Below, piece after piece: positions 1 through 12,212 of a stretch of DNA of 64,000 nucleotides. A program made the translations under genes and the position numbers. Where the stretch lies: positions 3,566,785 through 3,630,784 of the forward strand of contig NC_057756.1 in the NCBI RefSeq assembly GCF_004010195.1, in the 5' to 3' direction. This DNA comes from Chiloscyllium plagiosum (lineage: Eukaryota). The first letter of the stretch is position 1. Each line of letters opens with the position of its first letter. Under the pieces are notes generated by a model. The model was given only the letters and a program-made list of their open reading frames with translations. It was not told the DNA's origin and ran no database searches.

Positions 1-59
1 ACAAATACTCAGTGTAGGAAAAATGCCAACATTGGTGTGCCAACAATTTAATTGAATTG

Positions 60-1215
60 AATTTAATTTATTGTCACGAGTACCGAGGAACTGTGAAACG
101 CTTTACCTTGAGAGCAATACAGGCAGACAACAGTTAAGTAGCATAGATAAATAAATAATAGGTAAACAGCAGCAAAACAAAAACAACAGGTACATGGGAA
201 TGTTAAGAGTTTGCTAGTCCATTCAGTATTCCAACAACGATAGGGTAGAAACTGTTCCAAAACTGGCTGGTGTGTCTGTTTAGGCTACTGGAATTTCGCC
301 TTGATGGTAGCAGTTGCAAAAAAAAAAAATGGGAGGTTAGGATGGATCCTTGAGAATGCTGGCGGCCTTTCCTTGACCACGGACCTGTTCGATGGATTCC
401 ATAGATGAGAGGTTGGTCCTTATGATTGTGCGGCCGAGTTCACCATTCTCTGTAAGCGTCCCTGATCATGAATGGGATGGTTGCCATTCCAGATAGTGGT
501 ACATCCAGACAGAATGCTCTCGATGGCGCATCTGTAGAAAGTGGCAAGGCTATTTGCTGTCATGCCAGATTTCTCCAGCTGCCTGAAGAAAAAAAGATGC
601 TGTTGAGCCTTTGTAAAAAGTGCGTCCACATGAACAGCACAAAAACGCTTGTTGTAGATGACCACTATCAGGAGTTGGCAATCTCCACTCGTTCCACCTC
701 TGTGCTGTTAATGTGTAGGGAGGCATGAGTAACAATCCGTCGAAAGTCAATAATGAGTTCCTTGGTTTTGCTGTCGCTTAAAAGCTAGTTTGCTCTCGGT
801 GCACCATTTTTACAGGTCTTCCACCTCCCCTCTGTAATCTATTTTGTCACCATCTGAGATGCGACTGACTATGGTGGTGTCATCAGCGAACATGTAAAAT
901 GACATTAGTCTAGTATTTGGTGCCACAGTCATGGGTATACAGTGAGTACATTGGGGTTCTGTGTCTGCACCCCTGGAGTGGGTGCAGGGTTGAATGATAG
1001 TGAGGATGAAATATTGTCCCCGCCTTCTTTGATTGTTGCCTGTAGGTCAGAAAACTGAGGATCCAGTTGCAGAGAGTGGAGCTTAGTCCGAGATTGATAA
1101 GATTAATAATCAGTCTCAAGGAGATAATATAGCTGAAGGCTGAAATGTAGTCAATGAGCAAGATTCTTGCGTCGGTGTTCTTGGTGTTAAGATGTTCTAG
1201 GGAGGAACGACCAAA
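60..1215 (-). mobile_element. Degenerate 3' part of a Rex1/Babar-clade LINE (RT and C-terminal region)
   Basis: Minus-strand peptides ARILLIDYISAF, LCNWILSFLTYRQQ, MYSLYTHDC and KAQQHLFFFRQL...FYRCAIESILSGCTTIW match the Rex1/Babar ORF. Frameshifts are present, with a short-repeat tail near 50-70. Confidence 0.8.
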
Positions 1216-1499
1216 TAAAGTGGTTATCTCACTAGTTGGTGAGTGTTCTTTAATTACTCGCTTGGCAACTATTACATATTCATTGACATGTACCACAACA
1301 AAAACAGTGGGAAGGTTTTGGCATCTAAACATTCTTGTTTTACAGATGGAAAAAAAAAACATTCAATTCAGCGGATGCTAATTGAGATATAATCTGGCCC
1401 TTCCAGCCACCTTAACAATTGATGATGTAACTTTAGATTTAGAAGCACTGTTAATACAGCAACACAGACAGTTAACGTAAAATAGTTCACGTGTATTAC

Positions 1500-3200
1500 A
1501 AACAGAGAACATTGATGTAGGAGTAGGCTATTCGGCCATTCGAGCCTGCATTACCATTCAATATAATCATGGCTGGTAATGCATTTTCAGCATGATGTTC
1601 CCCTTTTCTCGACATAGACCTTGATACTTTTTAGCCACAAGAGACATCCAGCCCCCTCTTGAACATTGCTGACTGACTGGCCCTACCACCTTTCTGTGAT
1701 ACAAAATTCCACAAGTCCAGAATTTTCTCAGTGAGTGCATGCCCAGTCGATCCAATCTTTCTTGATGCGTTTGCCATTCAATGCCAATAATCAAACTGAT
1801 GAATCCTTGCAGGACTCCCACAAGGGTAAGAGGTTCATTTCTCAGAATAGCAGACTAAAACTCTTCATTATACACAAGGTGTAGCCTCGCAAAAGCCCTA
1901 TATAACTTCAGTAAGACATCTCAACGCCTTTATTTCAATTCTCTTATTTTCAAGGCGAGCAGGCCATTAACATTTCTCACTGCCTGCTTCAACTGATTGC
2001 TAACGTTCAGAGACTGTTGCACTATGTCCCTGGGTTTCATTTCACCTCATATGTGATGTAAACATCGACCATTCAGATAATTATTTGCATTCCTATTTTA
2101 CCCACATAAATGGTAAGCTCGCATTTACCCACATTTGGTTGCATTCACCAATTATTTGCACAGCCAGTCAGCTCGTCCAAATCATCTGGCAGCCACTTCA
2201 TATCGTCCTCATGACACACACTGCCACGCATTGGAGGTATTAAATACATTGGAGGTAATGAATTCAAGCTTTCATTCAACTAATTCATGTATTTTGTGAA
2301 CAGTTGATGTCTCAGCACTGATCCATGTAGGATCCAACATATTATTGACAGCTACTGTGAAAATGAGATATTTAATCCATCTGTCTGCTTCCAGTTTGCC
2401 AACCAGTTCTCTTTCCACGTCAAAACATTACCTCTTATACCATGTATTTCTTTTTTTAAAACTAATCGCTTGTGTAGGATCTTGTAAAATGTTTTTTGAA
2501 TGTCTCGATACACACCAACAAAAGTTTCACTCTTGTCCACCCTCCGAGTCACATCCTCAAAAAATTCCTGACGGTTCACCAAGTGCGATTTCTCTTCACT
2601 GAATCCATGATGTTTTCAACAATTCTGTCCCCGCTATCCAAATATTCAAGTTATTATATCCTTATTAATTGCCTCCAGCATTTTTCTCACTACCGTTGTC
2701 AGGCTAATCAGCCTTCAGTCTGCGTTTTGTCTCTGCCCAATTTTGTTCATAGTGAGGGCCTAATAGCTACTCTCCAGTTCACTGGAACTTTTCTAAAGTT
2801 GATGGAATGTCGCAAAATGCTTATAAACGCTTCCAATATTTCGGTAACCACTTCCTTAAGTACACTGAGATGCAGCACATCCCGCTGTGAGGACTAATAG
2901 GGTTTCAATTCCGTAATTTCCCCAATATCCATTCCTATGTCTAAGACTTTCCTTCAGTACTTGTAGTGCTGTCCCCGAGTATTTCTGGAAAGGTATTTTT
3001 TGCGTTCCTGAGTGAGAACACATCAATCGGCTTTGTTCAACTGGTCTGCCCTCTCGGGTTGCCCATTATTCATTTTGATCATTCTAAATGTAAGAAACGT
3101 GCATTTGCCCTCACTAGTCGTTTTCTTTCAAATTATTTTAGATATACTTCGGTGCTTTTGTAACATTGATGGATTCTCACTTCTTGCTTTGACCAAAAAC
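1500..3200 (-). mobile_element. Degenerate CR1 LINE ORF2 (RT) with 3' end
   Basis: FFEDVTRRVDK...VYRDIQKTFYKILHKRL...GIRGNVLTWKENWLAN in ORF 2352-2582. CR1-type 3' UTR (gtaggagtaggctattcggccattcgagcc) at about 1517. Confidence 0.85.
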
Positions 3201-4360
3201 CGTGTTTCTTCCGGTGTACATCACTAGTCCAAAGGACACGATATGTATGTGCTAAAAATCATTCATCTGTCCTCTCCAGAAAGGTCTTAATAAGACTATC
3301 GCAAAAATACATACATTTCGGCGTTTTACTACGGTGTTCGTTCAATAATCTGTTGACATATGAGACAAGCTGTATGTCATGAAAAAATAGACCTTCCTGC
3401 GCAGGAATAATCAGCCTTACCTGAAATGATATAGGACTGATTCATAAAAAAAAATCAAATGCAAAGTCCATTGTAATAAAAGGATGAGCATACTCACTTC
3501 AGATAGGAGCAATTGCCAGTCGATAATGTTTTGTGTTGACACTAATGCAAGGTGAACACATGGAAATTAATTTGCAGAGTTCAAACCCGTGATAACTAAT
3601 GAATAGTAAGTAGCTACTCTTTGCACTGTGGCTGTCCAAAGTGAAAGTTTTGGGTAGATCAGATGACGGATGACGGTTTACTTGAATGTTTGATTCTAAG
3701 AAATTTCGTAAGTAAATTACATAATATATGTGAGGTACGATAAGCAAGTGACCAGTTTAGAGGCTGGAAGTTTTAAAAATCAAATTCCAAAACATACAGA
3801 AAATTAGCAAGTTGGGCTGCTTCCATCTGTTGAGCACAGTCAAATGATGTTTAGAGTATCTTACAACATGCTAGAGAAGAAAGTATTATAAGACAAAATG
3901 CCTTCATTTCCTGAACTATTTTTTTATGAAATTGCATCGAAATATAAACAGAATATGTGAAACTTGAATGAGTACAGTTTTCCTTGGTTCCAAGACAGTA
4001 CACAATCGAATGAAAGTTTAGGTAAAGAAGTACGACAGCCATTCCTCGACTAGATGATATATTCATTTCACAATGACTAGAGGGTTCGTGAATGAATAGT
4101 TGAATCATTATAATGTAATGTAATAAACAAGTTAAATCAGTAGGTATTTTCACAAACGTATTTTGCATACCACGACGTTATATTAAAATATGTTAAAAGT
4201 CCTGAGAAATCTGGGTGATGAATTTGAAATTGTTGCATTTTCGGCATACTTAACAATAAACAATTTGGCCCAGTATTAATTGTTTGGCACATTTGTCAGG
4301 GTGATATGAATTCAGAATTTACTCTACTCGAATTTTCCATCAAAGAAGAACCGTCAGGAG

Positions 4361-4406
4361 AGTACAGCATAACTCATCCATACAGTACAGCATAACTCAT
4401 CCGTAC
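4361..4406. repeat. 23-bp tandem duplication
   Basis: agtacagcataactcatccatac / agtacagcataactcatccgtac, one mismatch. Confidence 0.85.
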
Positions 4407-5339
4407 CATTCAATATGCAATTCAAAATACATTTGAATAGAAATTGAAACGTTTAGGAAATGCGGATACATCTGTGTGAAAGGCCGTTTTAAAAAGTGGT
4501 GGACGAGAATACCGTAACTATGTGAGCTCTTATTACTTTTATGGAATTAATGTGTTCGGCTAATTTACTCAGTTCCTTGTGGCAGGGATTTTTTAAAAAA
4601 GAAATTCTGTATTTTACTGTTGGGAAATTATGCAAGAAGGTCACAGACAAGATCGGTTGAAAGAAAGGAAGGCGAGACTGTATCTGTACAGCGAACACAT
4701 GGCAACATCAGAATCTGAGAAATTGCACCAGGGTTAGAGATCGACTTTTATGAATCAGCTAACAAGTGTCATTTGACAGATTTGGATGTGAAAAATTGCA
4801 CATGGTCTCGAGAGATTGTATTTCACCACAACAAAGAAACAATGAATTTAGATAGCTGAGGTCTCAGAGTTCCAGGCGTTTCATTGTTTGAGAAAAAACA
4901 AATCACCACCTGAACTACAGAAGAGGACAGTATTAATCATTGAACTTGATCTGCAAATTTATTGATTTTTAAGACTAACAAAAATCTAAAGTTCATTACG
5001 TTTTTCCATCTATTTTAACGAGTAAGTTGAAGGCATCTTTTCCTTCTGCTCATTCCATTATTTGACTCTTGAATGATAATCAATACTAAGGATTGGTATA
5101 ACGTTAGTCCACAGAGTGTTTCTAAGCATTAAGAATGTCCTAACACTGCATTTGTGAAATGCATTGTGTTTGATTTTATGTATTTTCACTTTTTCTGGAT
5201 TGGCGAAGAGGCAAAAAATGACATTTTTAGTACAGGGATGTGCTCTTTTTGTCATATGTGGGAGATGAGGGAGTTTTTGATTGTCCCCGACGACTATCTC
5301 TGGGAAAAAAAAAATTGGTTGTGAATCCGAGCGATCGAC

Positions 5340-6461
5340 ATGTATAGTTTGCAATGACTGTTAGAGGCAATAGCAAGGGGGTGTAATGGATGGCAGTTGC
5401 AAGAAGGTGGAAGCATTTCACATGCATTCAAGAAAATAGTTCACCGGTTGGAATGGTTGGAGAAGTAAACAGATCGTGCAGGGGTCTCTTGTGGCTATCC
5501 CCATCTCAAACATATATGCCATGTCGGATACTGTGGGGTGGAAGTGGTAGCCACTTAGCTGAGTGTAGGACTACCAAATCGGTATCATGATTAGCACTAC
5601 TATAATGAGGGGAATGTCAGATTCCAAGCTATCGATAAGAGGTGACTGTTTGGTCTGGCTAACAGACAGACGTTTCTGTGGCTCTCAGCGAGATTTTAGG
5701 ATAGTGTGTCGTATCTCTCATGCTTGGGACAAAGGTGTATCAGACAGAGCAGAATTAACTGAAAAATGAGATTAACCAGTGAGGAGGCATTGTACACATT
5801 GATACCCATAAATTGGTGAGTGAAATGAACGCAAACACAAATAGACAAGTGGGAACGAGATGAGAAAATGTACAGAACACTACTGCCACTAGGTAGTGGG
5901 CATCGGAAGACAAGTGGAATGCAAGGCTGAGATGATAGTACAGGGAGCAAAGTTTCACACTAATGCACGTTTGGCAATCCTTCAGTAATGGAAATGTGAT
6001 GCATAAGAGAGGATGCATTCGTAGTCAACTGGAGTGGAATCAATATGTTTGTCAAAAATTTGCAACCGCTGGGCTTGAGGTTTTAAATCAGAAAGTGTAA
6101 TGTGTATGAACCAATGTGATGGTGAGAAACGAGAAAGAGTTGACGCTTGTACATTAAGTGAGGGAACCAAGTATAATTATGAAGGCAGGAAAGAGCTTGG
6201 CAGAGAATTGGGTCAGATTGCACTTACTTCAGTGCAAGATGCCTGGCAGGTAAGGTAGATGGACTTCAAGCATGCTGAGTGAAATGAGACTGAGATGTCA
6301 TAGAAATATAACTCAGGCATGGACAGGAGTGTCAGCAGAATGAGCTGGCATAGAGATTCAAAAGGAAGAATAGAGAATCAGGCAAGAGAGGCAGAAGACA
6401 GGTGCATTGGTTAGTGAGAACATTGCAGTTGTGCTTATGGAGAAAATTATTGAAAGATTAG
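5340..6461 (+). mobile_element. CR1 LINE 5' part (ORF1 SGNH-esterase remnant and start of APE endonuclease), interrupted by the LTR element
   Basis: TDRRFCGSQRDFRIVC...KGVSDRA resembles the CR1 ORF1 esterase (compare 53830-53940). Endonuclease-like sequence resumes right after the 3' LTR at about 12213. Confidence 0.7.
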
Positions 6462-7111
6462 TGCCATAAAAATAGTCTTTTTTTTCTTGAAAAGCAGTTC
6501 CAAGGCTCAAAGAGATTCTGTCAATGATTTTTTTTTCAGGAGGTGCAATAAATTCGGACCAGGCTCCAATCAATCTGGTTTGATACAGAGATTAAAAGGA
6601 ATTTGAGAGGCATTTTGTTTATATGTGAACAGATGAGACTTCAGGTCAAATTCATCATGCTTAAAAAGTGACCTGCATGAAGAGACTGGAGTGGTCAGCT
6701 CTCTAGCTGAGCCGGGATAAGCATTTTTAGTTCAGTCTTTAAGTGGGAAGTTCAAAACGGAGCTGTATGGAAACTCTCTCCTTTTTCTGCCTTAGACCTT
6801 CAACCTGGAAGCATGTGTTCCATGTACACTAGTTTTGCAAATTAGTTTACTTATTGGGAATGTTGTCAACATTCTGAATAGCACAATTAAATATCGTTGG
6901 ATAGGTTGTGTTCCGTCGGGGTTCTTTATTCTCTTTGTTTTTAATTGTGTAACTTTGTGAATATATTTTTGTCTGTCTTAAAATCTCGTATTCAACCCAG
7001 CTAACGTACTCCAGCTAATTTTCACTGGACACTTTTCGAAACAAATTGCAAAGTTATGGTCTGTTCTGCATGCTTAAGAATGTTTTTAGTGGTCTGGCCG
7101 AATCTATAACA
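6462..7111 (+). repeat. 5' LTR of the Gmr1-like element
   Basis: TG...ACA termini. Collinear with 11573-12212 (e.g. ggctcaaagagattctgtc, ggagctgtatggaaactct, tgcttaagaat...tggtctgg). Confidence 0.85.
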
Positions 7112-10100
7112 GATTGACGGGCTGTTTCTGGATTTTGTGCAGCGAGCCTTTATTTCAGGTGTTAATTTGGTTGGGTCGACAAAGTTTGGGAAAGCAATGG
7201 CTCTTTCAGTCATCAAAAGTTTTCTGGATGTGAATGCTGTGACATTGGAAGTTCTGTAAAAACTGAATAAACAAAGTTGAAATTAGCAGAGAAACTAGAA
7301 TTGCAACAGGCTGCTTCTGTGAGGATAGAAGAGACAATTACAGCAGTAGCTCACCATCCGAATCATAGGGATGAAAATAATGCAATTGCAAATGAAGCAG
7401 CTTGAGTTAGAGGCAAAAGGTAAGGAAAGGGCAGCAGAAATGAAACAGTTTGTGGAATGATTAAAAGGAGAAGAGAAGGAAAAAGAGAAAGCAGCAGAAT
7501 GGAGAGAAACTGACATAACAGCAGAAGAAAGAGAAAACGAGAGAACATTTTTACTTCAAAAAGTGACACTTAAAAATGAAAGTCAGCATAAAAGGCTGGA
7601 GATAAAGTTTGAGGGTAGGCTCAGTGAGGAAGTAACGCGAACTCATTGGGAAGAGCAGAGAGCTAAAACAGCAAGGTTAGGAGCTGTATTGACTGATGAA
7701 TACTAGCTTGACCATAAAAATCGGTTTGGCTTCTAGAATCAATTTCAGTCCTTGAGGAATAGAATTGAGGGCAAAGAGAAATCCTCACATGGAAAGGGAA
7801 AGGTAAATATCACTGGAGATCATAAGGATAACTTACCACAGGGTACAAAATAAAACCCTTGAGTGGGAGAAAGAAGTTGAAATTCTCCAGTGTTTTCATT
7901 ATAATAAAAAAGAGCCACACGAATTCACAGTGTTGTTGGGCTAGGAGAAAGCCAGATGTAGGAAAACCAGACAAGTCTGGAATTTTTTTGAACTGGTAAC
8001 AAAAAGTACAAGGGGCGTTCGACAACTGCCTCACAGTGTACAAGATAATCAGAGTTTGATTAAGAATGAAGTGGCAGGTCAGCTTAAAAAATATGCATGC
8101 AAGTGTAAATTTTATTCACATAGACCAAGTCTAATAGGTAAAGAGGTTGCAATATTAATGAACACAGGATCTTCTCAGTCTGTAACGCTGAAGGGTGAGG
8201 AGATATGCACTCGTGAGAGACCGTTGCCAGAGAAGGTACTGGTAACATAGATTCATGGTGAATCAAAAGGTACTCCGTTGTGTGAAGTTACGGTAGAGAA
8301 CCAAGAGAACAGTGGGAAAAAATGTGGTAGGTGTACTGGACAAACTCTCAGCTCCAGGAGTACAATTTGGCCTTGCAAATGATATAGCTGATTCACCGGT
8401 AGGCCTGCTTCCTACTCTAGCAGAAAAGCCAGTGGAGACGCAGACAACAAAAGTCATGACGAATATTTATCCACAAATTTTCTCTGATTGTGTCGTCACA
8501 GGATGACAGAGGCACAAGCTGAAGCAGGAGAGATCAAAAACACAGATTCGTACAGAAGCTGACATGGAGTTATCTGAAACTTATTTTGATAAGAAAAGTG
8601 GAACAGAGAAGGAGAAAATAAGTAAACGTGCAAGTATTTTTAGCTCTGTTAAGTTGATTGAATTACAGCAGAAAGATGAGAAGTTGACACAGTTATATCA
8701 AAAGGCATTTACTAGGAAAGAAAGTGAATGCATACTTTTGTGTTATTACTTAACAAATGATCTCTTAATGAGAAAATAGAGACCGCCACACGTTCAAGTA
8801 ATGAGAAATGTGTAGAGATTCATCAAATTGATTTGCCAGTAGGGTATAGAAGTGATGTGCTTCGAGCTGTGCAGGAACTACCAACTGGTGGTCATTTGAG
8901 GGTATGGAGAACACAGGTCAAAATACAAAGGCATTTATTTCCTGGCGTGGACGACAAAGAAAATGTAATTGAATTTTGCCAGATGTTTCATATATTGCCA
9001 GCTAATAGTAAACAATAGGCAGTAATATGACCTGCAGTATTAATACTTACTCCATCTTCTGAGGAACCTTTCACCAGCGTCTTGGTTGATTTCATCGGTC
9101 TCCTATATCAAACAAAACGTGAGAGTAAGTATTTATTTACATTAATAGATGTGCCAACTAGATTTCCAGAGGTAATCCCATTACGGAACATCACAGTTAA
9201 AATGATTGCAGAATATTTTTTAACTATGTACGAACTACCAATAGAGATCCAGTCAGACCAAGGATCAAACTTCACATCCAAACTACTCAAGGAGGTTATG
9301 GATAACTTGGGAATAAAGCAATTCAAATCGACTGCATACAATTTGGAATTGCAGGCAGCGCTAGACTGATGGCATCAAACACTAAAGACCATGTTGAGGG
9401 TTCCTGGTCAGGATTATCCATATGATTGGAATAAGGGAGTTCCGTTGTACTTTTTGAAAACAGTGATGCACCGAATGAATCGACCAATTTAGTCAATTTG
9501 TTTATTTTTATTGGCTATGAAGTAAGAGGACGTTTAACACTAATTAAGGAGAAGTCAATAAGTCAGAATTCATTGATCATTCAATTTGGACTGCGTGTCA
9601 AATTTTAGAAAACGATTAAATAGAGGTTAAGAGTTGGCCGGACAACATTTATACGAATTACAGCATGCAAAGAAACAGGAAGCATCTAACAAATTACAAA
9701 TTCACAATTTTGCAATTGGTGTTATTTGGTATTATTTCCAGTGACAGGTGAGCCTTTAAGAGCAACGTTTAGTGCACATTATCAAATTGAGAAGAAACTG
9801 AGTGAGGTGACCTACTTGCTAAGGACACCAGACAGGAAGAAATCTCAGAGTGTCATATGAATATGCTCAAAAGGTATTTTGACAGGAAAGTAAAGAAAGT
9901 GGAGAAGGTGTTAATGATTGCAGCATGGAAGGAAGAACCAAGTTCAGAGTATTCTGAATTGGACATTCCTCAAACCAAACTTGACAATGAGGAATTTGTG
10001 AAAAGTTGGATTAATTATTGTGAGATCTTCCGCAAAAAATCGAAATGACCTGATAGAGTTATTACTATAACGTGGGGAGATATGCAAAAATAAACCAGGA

Positions 10101-11572
10101 AGTTCTATTCTAATTGTGAGTGATGTGGATGTAGGAAATGCTGTTCCGATTAAGCAACCTCCTTAAAGGCATAACCCACTCAATGTGACACAGATTCAGA
10201 ACGAGATAGAGTGCTTGCTCCAAGATGGCGTCATCGAACTGAGTTACAGTGACTGGGGCTCACCAAAGTCATGGGGCCAAAGCCAGATTGTACCCAACGG
10301 TCATGTGTGGACAATTGCAAAAATCAACGCCATTACAAAAACTGAAGTATATCCATTTCCACGATTGGAGAACTGTATCGAAAACATGGGACAAGCAACC
10401 ACCATTTCTCAGTTGGACTTGCTCAGAGGCGACTGGCAGGTGCCACTGTCAGAGAGCAAAGGAGATTTCGGCTTTCGCAACGCCTATTAGAGTTCCAAAG
10501 TCATGTCATTTGTTATGGCTCCATCCACATTTCAGAGACTGATTAATAATGTCATTCCCCGATTACCCAACTATGTGGTGTATATTGATGACCTGGTCAT
10601 TTTTGTCACTCATGTAAGGAACATTTACAGCATTTATCGGACTTCTTCGGTCGATTTCAGAAGCCACTCTTGGTGATGAAAGTAGCTAAAAGTGATTATG
10701 CCAAAGCCCGAGACACCTTCCTGGGCCATGTTATTGGACATTGACAAACGGCTCCACGAAATGCAAAACTAAAGTAATTGGGGAATTTCACACACCACTG
10801 GCTTAAAAACAAACAGTACTACAGTTTCCTGGGATTGAGAGAATTTATCAAAATTTTCTGCCAAACTTCAGATGTGTTACTATTCCCCTCACCGAAATGT
10901 TAAAAAGGGAAAGACGGATCAGAGGACAGAAAACTGTCAAAAGGTATTTGGCAGCCTAAATAACTGTGTCAAACACTGCCCCAGTATTAGCTACACCCGA
11001 TTACACGGAGCTTTTCAAGGTGGCTATCAATGCCAGTAATATGGGTGTTGGTGCGATTCTCCTGCAGGAGGATGACGAGGGAATAGAAAGACCCATTGTG
11101 TATTTTGCAAGAAGTTGAAAGTTCATCAACAAAAATCTTTAACGGTGGAGAAAGATACTTTAAGCTTGGTGTTGTCATTAAACATTTCATTGTTCGTATT
11201 ACCATAAATGCATCGGAGACAATCATATGCACTGATCACAACCCTTTGACATTTGTGGAAATAATTAAGGACAAAATACCAGACTGTTTAGATGGAACGT
11301 GTTGTTGCAGCCAATAACTTGACAACTGTATATGTGGAAGGTTGAAATGTTATCGCCAATATGTTATCACGATTCGAATGAGATAGGGAGGTGTTTGCTG
11401 GTGGGTGCAACATGCCCTGAATTTCCATGGGGTTGTGCATGTTTACACGTTTAGGGTTAGTATAGTGTACATGTGTATTTAGACTACTAACCCGAATCTA
11501 ACGGTATAAAAAATAAAGCCATACTTTGGTATTGATGGTTCGTTAATTTCTTACTTTTTTTCCTGACGGAAT

Positions 11573-12212
11573 TGTCACAAAGCTAGTCCCGAATTTTCTA
11601 AGAGCTGTTCCGTGGCTCAAGGAGATTCTGTCCTTGATTTTATTCCGAGGGAATAATCTGAGCAGGGCTCTGATCAGTCCTTTTTGGTACAGAGATGAAA
11701 AGGGTTTCTGAGAGACCTTTTGTCTATGTGTAAACTGATGTGACTTCAAGCCAAAACAGTCATGCTTTAAAGGTTACAGACACAACAGTGGTCAACTCTC
11801 TAGGTGAGCTGACCTGAACAGTTTCAGTTCAGTCTTGAAGTGGGAATTTCAACAGGGAGCTGTATGGAAACTCTTTCTCTCTTTTCTGCCTCTCAGCTTC
11901 AAACTGTAGGCATGTGTTCCATTTATACTGGTTTGTAAAGAAAGTTTGCTTTTGGGGACTGTTGGGAATATTGGCAAGGCATAATTAAATCTCGTTTTAG
12001 ATAGGTTGAGTTCTGTCTCTGTTCTTTATTTTGTTCCTTTACTTCATTGTGTAACTTTGTGCATAAATTTCGTCTGTTTTAAAGTCTAGTAGTCAACCTA
12101 GCTATTTTACTCCAGGTAATGTTTACTGTACACTTACCAAAACAAATTTCAAGTTATGGTCAGGGGCTGCCTGCTTAAGAATATTTTGAGTGGTCTGGCA
12201 TAATCCATCACG
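11573..12212 (+). repeat. 3' LTR of the Gmr1-like element
   Basis: Starts tgtcacaa and is a diverged direct copy of 6462-7111. Confidence 0.85.

Larger units (their letters stand above)
6462..12212 (+). mobile_element. Full-length degenerate Gypsy LTR retrotransposon, Gmr1-like (domain order PR-INT-RT-RH)
   Basis: Two ~650-bp direct LTRs; degenerate PBS-like sequence after 7111; gag from ~7197 with decayed CCHC knuckle (~7890-7937); protease ILMNTGSSQS (~8150); integrase VDFIG...IQSDQGSNFTSK (9082-9369); RT with YIDDL (10581); RNase H ~10980-11380. Many stops and frameshifts. Confidence 0.9.

Noticed and set aside
3578..3605. 28-nt AG...GTAAGT segment (EFKPVITNE)
   Set aside because: Poor polypyrimidine tract, and the length is not a multiple of 3, so it does not fit the phase-1 heptad series.
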